Shown piece after piece: positions 19,140 through 43,094 of a stretch of 64,000 nucleotides of DNA; positions within the stretch are counted from its first letter, which is position 1, and each line of letters starts with the position of its first letter. Origin of the DNA: the human T2T-CHM13v2.0 reference genome, Homo sapiens. The stretch spans positions 9,376,001 to 9,440,000 of the forward strand of contig CP068257.2 in NCBI GenBank assembly GCA_009914755.4. Reading direction: 5' to 3'. Both the position numbers and the translations under genes were made by a program. The notes beneath the pieces are model-generated. The model made no database searches. It was not told where the DNA came from and saw nothing but the letters and a program-made list of their open reading frames with translations.

Positions 19140-20546
19140 CGCATGCGCATTGGCTGAGCCGACTCACGCTCCACTCCTGACAGATAGGCTGCGTCCCCTT
19201 TAAATATCGCCACCGCCGCGCGGCGGCCGCGGTGCTCCTGCTGCCGCCCCGGCGTCGGCTGTGTCCTGGGTCCTGTTTGGGGCGGCGTGGGAGCGGGGGC
19301 CACGGGTATCTGGTCCTGTCCCAGGCCCAAACCCCCAGGGCTCCTGTCCTCAGGACCTGCTTGAGCCGACTTCCACCAAGGGAGGGGGAGCTTCAGGACG
19401 CCTGCTGTGTTCTCTGGACTCCCGTTGAGATCCCATTCTGGCCCCCTCCGAGTGACATAGGATGGGCTCACCACACGTGGTCAGGCCGGCAGGGCCTCGC
19501 TGCAGCACAAAATGATCCCATACGTCTCAAGGCCTAGTGTCAGAGCAAATTCACTCATACATCAGCCATCTGCCTCCCTCCTCCTTTGAAAGAGCAGTGG
19601 CCTACCCCGCTTGTAAAAGCCCAGGGGTTCCGGAAAGCCGACCGTGCTTAAAAGGACAACTGCAAAGAGGAAGAGAGGCGAAATCCAGGGGGAGACCATG
19701 TGACCACGCGTGGCACTGGCCAATCCCACAGCAGTTGGTGTTAACGTGTGACACCGGAGGCAAACGGGGCGACGGCGAAACGAAGGGTGGGGTCCATGCA
19801 CGTGCCGGTGGAAGGGGGAAACGGGTGACCTTTCCATCAATGCCAAGGAAAATCAAACAACACCTGGGACCCGGAGGGTGTGGGGGACGTCTGTGCCTGA
19901 CCCAAGCCACGTTTTCAAATGCCTACCAGAGGAACAAAGATGTTTCTGCCAATTTCGCAACACCCCCAATCCTCCACCGACCTCGTAGCCCTGAAGCAAC
20001 TTCGGCTGGCACAAACCCACAAAGAGTGGGAAAGAAACACACAGAGACTGAGAGACAGAGGGAGAAGAGAGAATGGGAGACAAACACACAGACACACACA
20101 CACACACGCAGAGTCATACAGCACAGTCATTGAAACACACACCCCCAGGCAACCCCTGAGGCTCGGGGGTTCTGCTCTGGAGGAGAACGACCCTCGGGTG
20201 AGAGAGCAGCCCAGGGGCACGCAGGCCGACCCGTCCTCGAGATCACGGACAGCGGCGCGACTTTTGGCGAGACTCACCCCAACAAACACCGTCCGTGCAG
20301 GCCTGAGGCTGGGATCCCGTGCTGCTTCCCCGGTCTCCACCTGGGGTTTCATCTTCATAGTCGGCCCTTTGCGACTGCTGGCATCAGGAGAGTTTCCCTT
20401 CGAGCCAGTGGAGAGGTGAGACCGGAGCCTCAGAGCCTCGATACCCAAGCACTGCCACGGAGGGCTCCTGCTCTGCAAAGCCTCGGGGACTGGTTTCTAA
20501 GACAACCGTGGGAACCACTGTGACCCGAGAAACCGCTGGGGCCTCG
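19140..20546. repeat. Satellite monomer m14 (1407 bp; variant d)
   Basis: Anchor-to-anchor spacing; all translated ORFs identical to m13 at a +1407 offset. Confidence 0.9.
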
Positions 20547-21953
<1,407 letters not shown>

Positions 21954-23360
21954 CGCATGCGCATTGGCTGAGCCGACTCACGCTCCACTCCTGACAGATA
22001 GGCTGCGTCCCCTTTAAATATCGCCACCGCCGCGCGGCGGCCGCGATGCTCCTGCTGCCGCCCCGGCGTCGGCTGTGTCCTGGGTCCTGTTTGGGGCGGC
22101 GTGGGAGCGGGGGCCGCGGGTGTCTCGTCGTGTCACAGGCCCAAACCCCCAGGGCTCCTGTCCTCAGGACCTGCTTGAGCCGATTTCCAGCGAGGGAGGG
22201 GGAGCTTCAGGACGCCTGCTGTGTGCTCCGGACTCCCGTTGAGATCCCATTCTGGCCCCCTCCGAGTGACATAGGATGGGCTCACCACATGTGGTCAGGC
22301 CGGCAGGGCCTCGCTGCAGCACACAATGACCCCATAGGTCTCAAGGCCTAGTGTCAGAGCAAATTCACCGATCCATCACCCCTCTGCCTCCTTCCTCCTT
22401 TGAAAGAGCAGTGGCCTGCCCCGCTTGTAAAAGCCCAGGGGTTCCGGAAAGCCGAACGCGCTTTACAGGACAACTGCAAAGAGGAACAGAGGCGAAACCC
22501 AGGGGGAGACCATGTGACCACGCGTGGCACTGGCCAATCCCACAGCAGTTGGTGTTAATGTATGTCACCGGAGGCATACGGGGCGACGGCGAAACGAAGG
22601 GTGGGGTCCAGGCATATGCCGGTGGAAGGGGCAAACGGGTGACATTTCCGTCAATGCCAAGGAAAATCAAACAACACCTGGGAATCGTGGGGTAGGGGGG
22701 CTTCCTGTGCCTGACCTAAGCCACGTTTTCAAATGCCTACCAGAGGAGCAAAGAGGTTTCTGCCAATTTCGCAACACCCCCAATCCTCCACCGACCTGGT
22801 AGCCCTGACGCAACTTCGGCTGGTACAAACCCACAGAGAGTGGGAAAGAAACACACAGAGAGTGAGAGACAGAGAGAGAAGAGAGAATGGGAGACACACA
22901 CAGACACACACGCACACACACGCAGAGTCATACAGCAGAGGCATTGAAACACACACTCCCAGGCAACCCCTGAGGATCCGGGGTTCTGCTCTGGAGGAGA
23001 ACGACCCTCGGGTGAGAGAGCGGCCCAGGAGCACGCAGGCCGACCAGTCCTCGAGATCACTGACCGCGGCGCGACTTTTGGCGAGACTCACCCCAACAAA
23101 CACCGTCCGTGCAGGCCTGAGGCTGGGATCCCGTGCTGCTTCCCCGGTCTCCACCTGGGGTTTCATCTTCATAGTCGGCCCTTTGCGACTGCTGGCATCA
23201 GGAGAGTTTCCCTTCGAGCCCGTGGAGAGGTGAGACCGGAGCCTCAGAGCCTCGATATCCAAGCACTGCCACGGAGGGCTCCTGCTCTGCAAAGCCTCGG
23301 GGACTGGTTTCTAAGACAACCGTGGGAACCACTGTGACCGGAGAAACCGCTGGGGCCTCG
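21954..23360. repeat. Satellite monomer m16 (1407 bp; variant a; duplicate of m2)
   Basis: Anchor-to-anchor spacing; offset of +19721 from m2. Confidence 0.9.
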
Positions 23361-24767
23361 CGCATGCGCATTGGCTGAGCCGACTCACGCTCCACTCCTG
23401 ACAGATAGGCTGCGTCCCCTTTAAATATTGCCACCGCCACGCGGCGGACGCGATACTCCTGCTGCCGCCGCGGCAGCGGCTGTGTCCTGGGTCCTGTTTG
23501 GGGTGGCATGGGAGAGGGGACCGCGGGTGTCTCGTCCTGTCCCAGGCCCAAACCCCCAGGGCTCCTGTCCTCAGGACCTGCTTGAGCCGACTTCCACCAA
23601 GGGAGGGGGAGCTTCAGGACGCCTGCTGTGTTCTCTGGACTCCCGTTGAGATCCCATTCTGGCCCCCTCCGAGTGACATAGGATGGGCTCACCACATGTG
23701 ATCAGGCCGGCAGGGCCTCGCTGCAGCACACAATGACCCCATAGGTCTCAAGGCCTAGTGTCAGAGCAAACTCACTCATCCATCAGCCCTCTGCCTCCCT
23801 CCTCCTTTGAAAGTGCAGTGGCCTGCCCCGCTTGTAAAAGCCCAGGGGTTCGGGAAAGCCGAACGCGCTTTACAGGACAACTGCAAAGAGGAACAGAGGC
23901 GAAACCCAGGGGGAGACCATGTGACCACGCGTGGCACTGGCCAATCCCACAGCAGTTGGTGTTAATGTGTGTCACCGGAGGCATACGGGGCGACGGCGAA
24001 ATGAAGGGTGGGGTCCAGGGATATGCCGGTGGAAGGGGGAAACGGGTGACATTTCCGTCAACGCCAAGGAAAAACAAACAACACCTGGGAACCGTGGGGT
24101 AGGGGGGCCTCCTGTGCCTGACCCAAGCCACGTTTTCAAATGCCTACCAGAGGAGCAAAGAGGTTTCGGCCAATTTCGCAACACCCCCAATCCTCCACCG
24201 ACCTGGTAGCCCTGACGCAACTTCGGCTGGTACAAACCCACAGAGAGTGGGAAAGAAACACACAGAGAGTGAGAGACAGAGAGAGAAGAGAGAATGGGAG
24301 ACACACACAGACACACACGCACACACACGCAGAGTCATACAGCAGAGGCATTGAAACACACACTCCCAGGCAACCCCTGAGGATCCGGGGTTCTGCTCTG
24401 GAGGAGAACGACCCTCGGGTGAGAGAGCGGCCCAGGAGCACGCAGGCCGACCAGTCCTCGAGATCACTGACCGCGGCGCGACTTTTGGCGAGACTCACCC
24501 CAACAAACACCGTCCGTGCAGGCCTGAGGCTGGGATCCCGTGCTGCTTCCCCGGTCTCCACCTGGGGTTTCATCTTCATAGTCGGCCCTTTGCGACTGCT
24601 GGCATCAGGAGAGTTTCCCTTCGAGCCCGTGGAGAGGTGAGACCGGAGCCTCAGAGCCTCGATATCCAAGCACTGCCACGGAGGGCTCCTGCTCTGCAAA
24701 GCCTCGGGGACTGGTTTCTAAGACAACCGTGGGAACCACTGTGACCGGAGAAACCGCTGGGGCCTCG
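23361..24767. repeat. Satellite monomer m17 (1407 bp; variant b; duplicate of m3)
   Basis: Anchor-to-anchor spacing; offset of +19721 from m3. Confidence 0.9.
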
Positions 24768-26176
<1,409 letters not shown>

Positions 26177-27590
26177 CGCATGCGCATTGGCTGAGCCGAC
26201 TCACGCTCCACTCCTGACAGATAGGCTGCGTCCCCTTTAAATATCGCCACCGCCGCGCGGCGGCAGCGATGCTCCTGCTGCCACCCCGGCAGCGCCTGTG
26301 TCCTGGGTCCTGTTTCAGGCGGCGTGGGAGAGGGGGCCACGGGTGTCTGTTCCTGTCCCAGGCCCAAACCCCCAGGGCTCCTGTCCTCAAGACCTGCTTG
26401 AGTCGACTTCCACCAAGGGAGGGGGAGCTTCAGGACGCCTGCTGTGTTCTCTGGACTCCCGTTGAGATCCCATTCTGCCCCCTCCGAGTGACATAGGATG
26501 GGCTCACCACACGTGATCAGGCCGGCAGGGCCTCGCTGCAGCACAAAATGATCCCATAGGTCTCAAGGCCTAGTGTCAGAGCAAATTCACTCATCCATCA
26601 GCCCTCTGCCTCCCTCCTCCTTTGAAAGAGCAGTGGCCTACCCCGCTTGTAAAAGCCCAGGGGTTCCGGAAAGCCGACTGTGCTTAACAGGACAACTGCA
26701 AAGAGGAAGAGTGGCGAAATCCAGGGGGAGACCATGTGACCACGCGTGGCACTGGCCAATCCCACAGCAGTTGGTGTTAACGTGTGACACCGGAGGCAAA
26801 CGGGGCGACGGCGAAACGAAGGGTGGGGTCCATGCACGTGCCGGTGGAAGGGGGAAACGGCTGACCTTTCCGTCAATGCCAAGGAAAATCAAACAACACC
26901 TGGGACCCGGAGGGTGTGGGGGACGTCTGTGCCTGACCCAAGCCACGTTTTCAAATGCCTACCAGAGGAACAAAGATGTTTCTGCCAATTTTGCAACACC
27001 CCCAATCCTCCACCGACCTCGTAGCCCTGAAGCAACTTCGGCTGGCACAAACCCACAAAGAGTGGGAAAGAAACACACAGAGACTGAGAGACAGAGGGAG
27101 AAGAGAGAATGGGAGACAAACACACAGACACACACACACACACGCAGAGTCATACAGCAGAGGCATTGAAACACACACACCCAGGCAACCCCTGAGGCTC
27201 CGAGGCTCCGGGGTTCTGCTCTGGAGGAGAACGACCCTCGGGTGAGAGAGCAGCCCAGGGGCACGCAGGCCGACCCGTCCTCGAGATCACGGACAGCGGC
27301 GCGACTTTTGGCGAGACTCACCCCAACAAACACCGTCCGTGCAGGCCTGAGGCTGGGATCCCGTGCTGCTTCCCCGGTCTCCACCTGGGGTTTCATCTTC
27401 ATAGTCGGCCCTTTGCGACTGCTGGCATCAGGAGAGTTTCCCTTCGAGCCAGTGGAGAGGTGAGACCGGAGCCTCAGAGCCTCGATACCCAAGCACTGCC
27501 ACGGAGGGCTCCTGCTCTGCAAAGCCTCGGGGACTGGTTTCTAAGACAACCGTGGGAACCACTGTGACCCGAGAAACCGCTGGGGCCTCG
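26177..27590. repeat. Satellite monomer m19 (1414 bp; variant c; duplicate of m5 including the 8-bp duplication)
   Basis: Anchor-to-anchor spacing; 'gaggctccgaggctcc' at 27194-27209. Confidence 0.9.
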
Positions 27591-28997
27591 CGCATGCGCA
27601 TTGGCTGAGCCGACTCACGCTCCACTCCTGACAGATAGGCTGCGTCCCCTTTAAATATCGCCACCGCCGCGCGGCGGCCGCGGTGCTCCTGCTGCCGCCC
27701 CGGCGTCGGCTGTGTCCTGGGTCCTGTTTGGGGCGGCGTGGGAGCGGGGGCCACGGGTATCTGGTCTTGTCCCAGGCCCAAACCCCCAGGGCTCCTGTCC
27801 TCAGGACCTGCTTGAGCCGACTTCCACCAAGGGAGGGGGAGCTTCAGGACGCCTGCTGTGTTCTCTGGACTCCCGTTGAGATCCCATTCTGGCCCCCTCC
27901 GAGTGACATAGGATGGGCTCACCACACGTGGTCAGGCCGGCAGGGCCTCGCTGCAGCACAAAATGATCCCATACGTCTCAAGGCCTAGTGTCAGAGCAAA
28001 TTCACTCATACATCAGCCATCTGCCTCCCTCCTCCTTTGAAAGAGCAGTGGCCTACCCCGCTTGTAAAAGCCCAGGGGTTAAGGAAAGCCGACCGTGCTT
28101 AAAAGGACAACTGCAAAGAGGAAGAGAGGCGAAATCCAGGGGGAGACCATGTGACCACGCGTGGCACTGGCCAATCCCACAGCAGTTGGTGTTAACGTGT
28201 GACACCGGAGGCAAACGGGGCGACGGCGAAACGAAGGGTGGGGTCCATGCACGTGCCGGTGGAAGGGGGAAACGGGTGACCTTTCCATCAATGCCAAGGA
28301 AAATCAAACAACACCTGGGACCCGGAGGGTGTGGGGGACGTCTGTGCCTGACCCAAGCCACGTTTTCAAATGCCTACCAGAGGAACAAAGATGTTTCTGC
28401 CAATTTCGCAACACCCCCAATCCTCCACCGACCTCGTAGCCCTGAAGCAACTTCGGCTGGCACAAACCCACAAAGAGTGGGAAAGAAACACACAGAGACT
28501 GAGAGACAGAGGGAGAAGAGAGAATGGGAGACAAACACACAGACACACACACACACACGCAGAGTCATACAGCACAGTCATTGAAACACACACCCCCAGG
28601 CAACCCCTGAGGCTCGGGGGTTCTGCTCTGGAGGAGAACGACCCTCGGGTGAGAGAGCAGCCCAGGGGCACGCAGGCCGACCCGTCCTCGAGATCACGGA
28701 CAGCGGCGCGACTTTTGGCGAGACTCACCCCAACAAACACCGTCCGTGCAGGCCTGAGGCTGGGATCCCGTGCTGCTTCCCCGGTCTCCACCTGGGGTTT
28801 CATCTTCATAGTCGGCCCTTTGCGACTGCTGGCATCAGGAGAGTTTCCCTTCGAGCCAGTGGAGAGGTGAGACCGGAGCCTCAGAGCCTCGATACCCAAG
28901 CACTGCCACGGAGGGCTCCTGCTCTGCAAAGCCTCGGGGACTGGTTTCTAAGACAACCGTGGGAACCACTGTGACCCGAGAAACCGCTGGGGCCTCG
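27591..28997. repeat. Satellite monomer m20 (1407 bp; variant d; duplicate of m6)
   Basis: Anchor-to-anchor spacing. Confidence 0.9.
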
Positions 28998-30408
<1,411 letters not shown>

Positions 30409-31817
30409 CGCATGCGCATTGGCTGAGCCGACTCACGCTCCACTCCTGACAGATAGGCTGCGTCCCCTTTAAATATCGCCATCGCCGCGCGGCGGCCGCG
30501 ATGCTCCTGCTGCCGCCCCGGCGTCGGCTGTGTCCTGGGTCCTGTTTGGGGTGGCGTGGGAGCGGGGGCCGCGGGTGTCTCGTCGTGTCACAGGCCCAAA
30601 CCCCCAGGGCTCCTGTCCTCAGGACCTACTTGAGCCGATTTCCAGCGAGGGAGGGGGAGCTTCAGGACGCCTGCTGTGTGCTCCGGACTCCCGTTGAAAT
30701 CCCATTCTGGCCCCCTCCGAGTGACATAGGATGGGCTCACCACATCTGGTCAGGCCGGCAGGGCCTCGCTGCAGCACAGAATGACCCCATAGGTCTCAAG
30801 GCCTAGTGTCAGAGCAAATTCACTCATCCATCAGCCCTCTGCCTCCCTCCTCCTTTGAAAGAGCAGTGGCCTGCCCCGCTTGTAAAAGCCCAGGGGTTCC
30901 GGAAAGCCGAACGCGCTTTACAGGACAACTGCAAAGAGGAACAGAGGCGAAATCCAGGGGGAGACCATGTGACCACGCGTGGCACTGGCCAATCCCACAG
31001 CAGTTGGTGTTAATGTGTGTCACCGGAGGCATACGGGGCGACGGCGAAACGAAGGGTGGGGTCCATGCACGTGCCGGTGGAAGGGGGAAACGGGTGACCT
31101 TTCCGTCAATGCCAAGGAAAATCAAACAACACCTGGGACCCGGAGGGTGTGGGGGACGTCTGTGCCTGACCCAAGCCACGTTTCCAAATGCCTACCAGAG
31201 GAAGAAAGATGTTTCTGCCAATTTCGCAACACCCCCAATCCTCCACCGACCTCGTAGCCCTGAAGCAACTTCGGCTGGCACAAACCCACAAAGAGTGGGA
31301 AAGAAACACACAGAGACTGAGAGACAGAGGGAGAAGAGAGAATGGGAGACACACACACAGAGACACACGCACACACACGCAGAGTCATACAGCAGAGGCA
31401 TTGAAACACACACCCCCAGGCAACCCCTGAGGCTCCGGGGTTCTGCTCTGGAGGAGAACGACCCTCGGGTGAGAGAGCAGCCCAGGGGCACGCAGGCCGA
31501 CCCGTCCTCGAGATCACAGACAGCGGAAAGGCTTTTGGCGAGACTCACCCCAACCAACACCGTCCGTGCAGGCCTGAGGCTGGGATCCCGTGCTGCTTCC
31601 CCCGTCTCCACCTGGGGTTTCATCTTCATAGTCGGCCCTTTGCGACTGCTGGCATCAGGAGAGTTTCCCTTCGAGCCCATGGAGAGGTGAGACCGGAGCC
31701 TCAGAGCCTCGATACCCAAGCACTGCCACGGAGGGATCCTGCTCTGCAAAGCCTCGGGGACTGGTTTCTAAGACAACCGTGGGAACCACTGTGACCGGAG
31801 AAACCGCTGGGGCCTCG
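30409..31817. repeat. Satellite monomer m22 (1409 bp; variant f; duplicate of m8)
   Basis: Anchor-to-anchor spacing. Confidence 0.9.
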
Positions 31818-33231
<1,414 letters not shown>

Positions 33232-34640
33232 CGCATGCGCATTGGCTGAGCCGACTCACGCTCCACTCCTGACAGATAGGCTGCGTCCCCTTTAAATATC
33301 GCCACCGCCGCGCGGCGGCCGCGATGCTCCTGCTGCCGCCCCGGCGTCGGCTGTGTCCTGGGTCCTGCTTGGGGCGGCGTGGGAGCAGGGGCCGCGGGTG
33401 TCTCGTCGTGTCACAGGCCCAAACCCCCAGGGCTCCTGTTCTCAGGACCTGCTTGAGCCGATTTCCAGCGAGGGAGGGGGAGCTTCAGGACGCCTGCTGT
33501 GTGCTCCGGACTCCCGTTGAGATCCCATTCTGGCCCCCTCCGAGTGACATAGGATGGGCTCACCACATCTGCTCAGGCCGGCAGGGCCTCGCTGCAGCAC
33601 ACAATGACCCCATAGGTCTCAAGGCCTAGTGTCAGAGCAAATTCACTCATCCATCAGCCCTCTGCCTCCCTCCTCCTTTGAAACTGCAGTGGCCTGCCCC
33701 GCTTGTAAAAGCCCAGGGGTTCCGGAAAGCCGAACGCGCTTTACAGGACAACTGCAAAGAGGAACAGAGGCGAAACCCAGGGGGAGACCATGTGACCACG
33801 CGTGGCACTGGCCAATCCCACAGCAGTTGGTGTTAATGTATGTCACCGGAGGCATACGGGGCGACGGCGAAACGAAGGGTGGGGTCCAGGCATATGCCGG
33901 TGGAAGGGGCAAACGGGTGACATTTCCGTCAATGCCAAGGAAAATCAAACAACACCTGGGAACCGTGGGGTAGGGGGGCTTCCTGTGCCTGACCTAAGCC
34001 ACGTTTTCAAATGCCTACCAGAGGAGCAAAGAGGTTTCTGCCAATTTCGCAACACCCCCAATCCTCCACCGACCCGGTAGCCCTGACGCAACTTCGGCTG
34101 GCACAAACCCACAGAGAGTGGGAAAGAAACACACAGAGAGTGAGAGACAGAGAGAGAAGAGAGAATGGGAGACACACACACAGACACACACGCACACACA
34201 CGCAGAGTCATACAGCAGAGGCATTGAAACACACACTCCCAGGCAACCCCTGAGGATCCGGGGTTCTGCTCTGGAGGAGAACGACCCTCGGGTGAGAGAG
34301 CGGCCCAGGAGCACGCAGGCCGACCAGTCCTCGAGATCACTGACCGCGGCGCGACTTTTGGCGAGACTCACCCCAACAAACACCGTCCGTGCAGGCCTGA
34401 GGCTGGGATCCCGTGCTGCTTCCCCGGTCTCCACCTGGGGTTTCATCTTCATAGTCGGCCCTTTGCGACTGCTGGCATCAGAAGAGTTTCCCTTCGAGCC
34501 CGTGGAGAGGTGAGACCGGAGCCTCAGAGCCTCGATACCCAAGCACTGCCACGGAGGGCTCCTGCTCTGCAAAGCCTCGGGGACTGGTTTCTAAGACAAC
34601 GGTGGGAACCACTGTGACCGGAGAAACCGCTGGGGCCTCA
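33232..34640. repeat. Satellite monomer m24 (1409 bp; variant a')
   Basis: Anchor-to-anchor spacing. Confidence 0.9.
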
Positions 34641-36048
<1,408 letters not shown>

Positions 36049-37456
36049 GCGCATGCGCATTGGCTGAGCCGACTCACGCTCCACTCCTGACAGATAGGCT
36101 GCGTCCCCTTTAAATATCGCCACCGCCGCGCGGCGGCCGCGATGCTCCTGCTGCCGCCCCGGCAGCGCCTGTGTCTTGGGTCCTGTTTCAGGCGGCGTGG
36201 GAGAGGGGGCCACGGGTGTCTGGTCCTGTCCCAGGCCCAAACCCCCAGGGCTCCTGTCCTCAGGACCTGCTTGAGCCGACTTCCACCAAGGGAGGGGGAG
36301 CTTCAGGACGCCTGCTGTGTTCTCTGGACTCCCGTTGAGATCCCATTCTGGCCCCCTCCGAATGACATAGGATGGGCTCACCACACGTGGTCAGGCCGGC
36401 AGGGCCTCGCTGCAGCACAAAATGATCCCATAGGTCTCAAGGCCTAGTGTCAGAGCAAATTCACTCATCCATCAGCCCTCTGCCTCCCTCCTCCTTTGAA
36501 AGAGCAGTGGACTACCCCGCTTGTAAAAGCCCAGGGGTTCCGGAAAGCCGACCGTGCTTAAAAGGACAACTGCAAAGAGGAAGAGAGGCGAAATCCAGGG
36601 GGAGACCATGTGACCACGCGTGGCACTGGCCAATCCCACAGCAGTTGGTGTTAACGTGTGACACCGGAGGCAAACGGGGCGACGGCAAAACGAAGGGTGG
36701 CGTCCATGCACGTGCCGGTGGAAGGGGGAAACGGGTGACATTTCCATCAATGCCAAGGAAAATCAAACAACACCTGGGACCCGGAGGGTGTGGGGGACCT
36801 CTGTGCCTGACCCAAGCCACGTTTTCAAATGCCTACCAGAGGAACAAAGATGTTTCTGCCAATTTCCCAACACCCCCAATCCTCCACCGACCTCGTAGCC
36901 CTGAAGCAACTTCGGCTGGCACAAACCCACAAAGAGTGGGAAAGAAACACACAGAGACTGAGAGACAGAGGGAGAAGAGAGAATGGGAGACAAACACACA
37001 GACACACACACACACACGCAGAGTCATACAGCACAGTCATTGAAACACACACCCCCAGGCAACCCCTGAGGCTCCGGGGTTCTGCTCTGGAGGAGAACGA
37101 CCCTCGGGTGAGAGAGCAGCCCAGGGGCACGCAGGCCGACCCGTCCTCGACATCACGGACAGCGGCGCGACTTTTGGCGAGACTCACCCCAACAAACACC
37201 GTCCGTGCAGGCCTGAGGCTAGGATCCCGGGCTGCTTCCCCGGTCTCCACCTGGGGTTTCATCTTCATAGTCGGCCCTTTGCGACTGCTGGCATCAGGAG
37301 AGTTTCCCTTCGAGCCCGTGGAGAGGTGAGACCGGAGCCTCAGAGCCTCGATACCCAAGCTCTGCCACGGAGAGCTCCTGCTCTGCAAAGCCTCGGGGAC
37401 TGGTTTCTAAGACAACCGTGGGAACCACTGTGACCGGAGAAACCGCTGGGGCCTCG
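36049..37456. repeat. Satellite monomer m26 (1408 bp; variant d')
   Basis: Anchor-to-anchor spacing. Confidence 0.9.
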
Positions 37457-39839
37457 CGCATGCGCATTGGCTGAGCCGACTCATGCTCCTCCCCTCCTGA
37501 CAGATAGGCTGCGTCCCCTTTAAATATCGCCACCGCCGCGCGGCGGCCGCGATGCTCCTGCTGCCGCCGCGGCGGCGACTGTGTCCTGGGTCCTGTTTGG
37601 GGCGGCATGGGAGAGGGGACCGCGGGTGTCTCGTCCTGTCCCAGGCCCAAACCCCCAGGGCTCCTGTCCTCAGGACCTGCTTGAGCCGACTTCCACCAAG
37701 GGAGGGGGAGCTTCAGGACGCCTGCTGTGTTCTCTGGACTCCCGTTGAGATCCCATTCTGGCCCCCTCGGAGTGACATAGGATGGGCTCACCACATGTGG
37801 TCAGGCCGGCAGGGCCTCGCTGCACCACACAATGACCCCAGAGGTCTCAAGGCCTAGTGTCAGAGCAAATTCACTCATCCATCAGCCCTCTGCCTCCCTC
37901 CTCCTTTGAAAGTGCAGTGGCCTGCCGCGCTTGTAAAAGCCCAGTCGTTCCGGAAAGCCGAACACGCTTTACAGGACAACTGCAAAGAGGAAAAGAGGCG
38001 AAACCCAGGGGGAGACCATGTGACCACGCGTGGCACTGGGTAATCCCACAGCAGTTGGTGTTAATGTGTGTCACCGGAGGCATACGGGGCGACGGCGAAA
38101 CGAAGGGTGGGGTCCAGGCATGTGCCGGTGGAAGGGGGAAACGGGTGACATTTCCGTCAGTGCCAAGGAAAATCAAACCACACCTGGGAACCGGGAGGTG
38201 GGGGTGCCGACTGTGCCTGACGCAAGCCACGTTTTCAAATGCCTACCAGAGGAGCAAAGAGGTTTCTGCCAATTTCGCAACACCCCCAATCCTCCACCGA
38301 CCTCGTAGCCCTGAAGCAACTTCGGCTGGCACAAACCCACAAAGAGTTGGAAAGAAACACACAGAGACTGAGAAACAGAGGGAGAAGAGAGAATGGGAGA
38401 CAAACACACAGACACACACACACACACGCAGAGTCATACAGCAGAGGCATTGAAACACACACCCCCAGGCAACCCCTGAGGATCCGGGGTTCTGCTCTGG
38501 AGGAGAACGACCCTCGGGTGAGAGAGCGGCCCAGGAGCACGCAGGCCGACCAGTCCTCGAGATCACTGACCGCGGCGCGACTTTTGGCGAGACTCACCCC
38601 AACCAACACCGTCCGTGCAGGCCTGAGGCTGGGATCCCGTGCTGCTTCCCCCGTCTCCACCTGGGGTTTCATCTTCATAGTCGGCCCTTTGCGACTGCTG
38701 GCATCAGGAGAGTTTCCCTTCGAGCCCGTGGAGAGGTGAGACCGGAGCCTCAGAGCCTCGATATCCAAGCACTGCCACGGAGGGCTCCTGCTCTGCAAAG
38801 CCTCGGGGACTGGTTTCTAAGACAAACGTGGGAACCACTGTGACCGGAGAAACCGCTGGGGCCTCACGCATGCGCATTGGCTGAGCCGACTCACGCTCCA
38901 CTCCTGACAGATAGGCTGCGTCCCCTTTAAATATCGCCACCGCCGCGCGGCGGCCGCGGTGCTCCTGCTGCCGCCCCGGCGTCGGCTGTGTCCTGGGTCC
39001 TGTTTGGGGCGGCGTGGGAGCGCGGGCCGCGGGTGTCTCGTCGTGTCACAGGCCCAAACCCCCAAGGCTCCTGTCCTCAGGACCTGCTTGAGCCGATTTC
39101 CAGCGAGGGAGGGGGAGCTTCAGGACGCCTGCTGTGTGCTCCGGACTCCCGTTGAGATCCCATTCTGGCCCCCTCCGAGTGACATAGGATGGGCTCACCA
39201 CATCTGTTCAGGCCGGCAGGGCCTCGCTGCAGCACACAATGACCCCATAGTTCTCAAGGCCTAGTGTCAGAGAAAATTCACCGATCCATCAGCCCTCTGC
39301 CTCCCTCCTCCTTTGAAAGAGCAGTGGCCTGCCCCGCTTGTAAAAGCCCACGGGTTCCGGAAAGCCAAACGCGCATTACAGGACAACTGCAAAGACGAAC
39401 AGAGGCGAAACCCAGGGGAAGACCATGTGACCACGCGTGGCACTGGTCAATCCCACAGCAGTTGGTGTTAATGTGTGTCACCGGAGGCATACGGGGCGAC
39501 GGCGAAACGAAGGGTGGGGTCCAGGCATATGCCGGTGGAAGGGGGAAACGGGTGACATTTCCGTCAACGCCAAGGAAAAACAAACAACACCTGGGAACCG
39601 TGGGGTAGGGGGGCCTCCTGTGCCTGACCCAAGCCACGTTTTCAAATGCCTACCAGAGGAGCAAAGAGGTTTCTGCCAATTTCGCAACACCCCCAATCCT
39701 CCACCGACCTGGTAGCCCTGACGCAACTTCGGCTGGTACAAACCCACAGAGAGTGGGAAAGAAACACACAGAGAGTGAGAGACAGAGAGAGAAGAGAGAA
39801 TGGGAGACACACACACAGACACACACACACACACACGCA
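37020..39839. repeat. Two-monomer higher-order unit, copy 1 (~2,819 bp); its boundaries sit in the (CA)n tracts of m26 and m28
   Basis: ORFs 37294..37794, 37552..37857, 37857..38453, 38235..38798, 38959..39264 and 39264..39608 recur identically at +2819. Identity starts just after the CA tract at about 37020 and ends at the CA tract at about 39840. Confidence 0.75.
37457..38866. repeat. Satellite monomer m27 (1410 bp; variant h)
   Basis: Anchor-to-anchor spacing. Confidence 0.9.
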
Positions 39840-43094
<3,255 letters not shown>
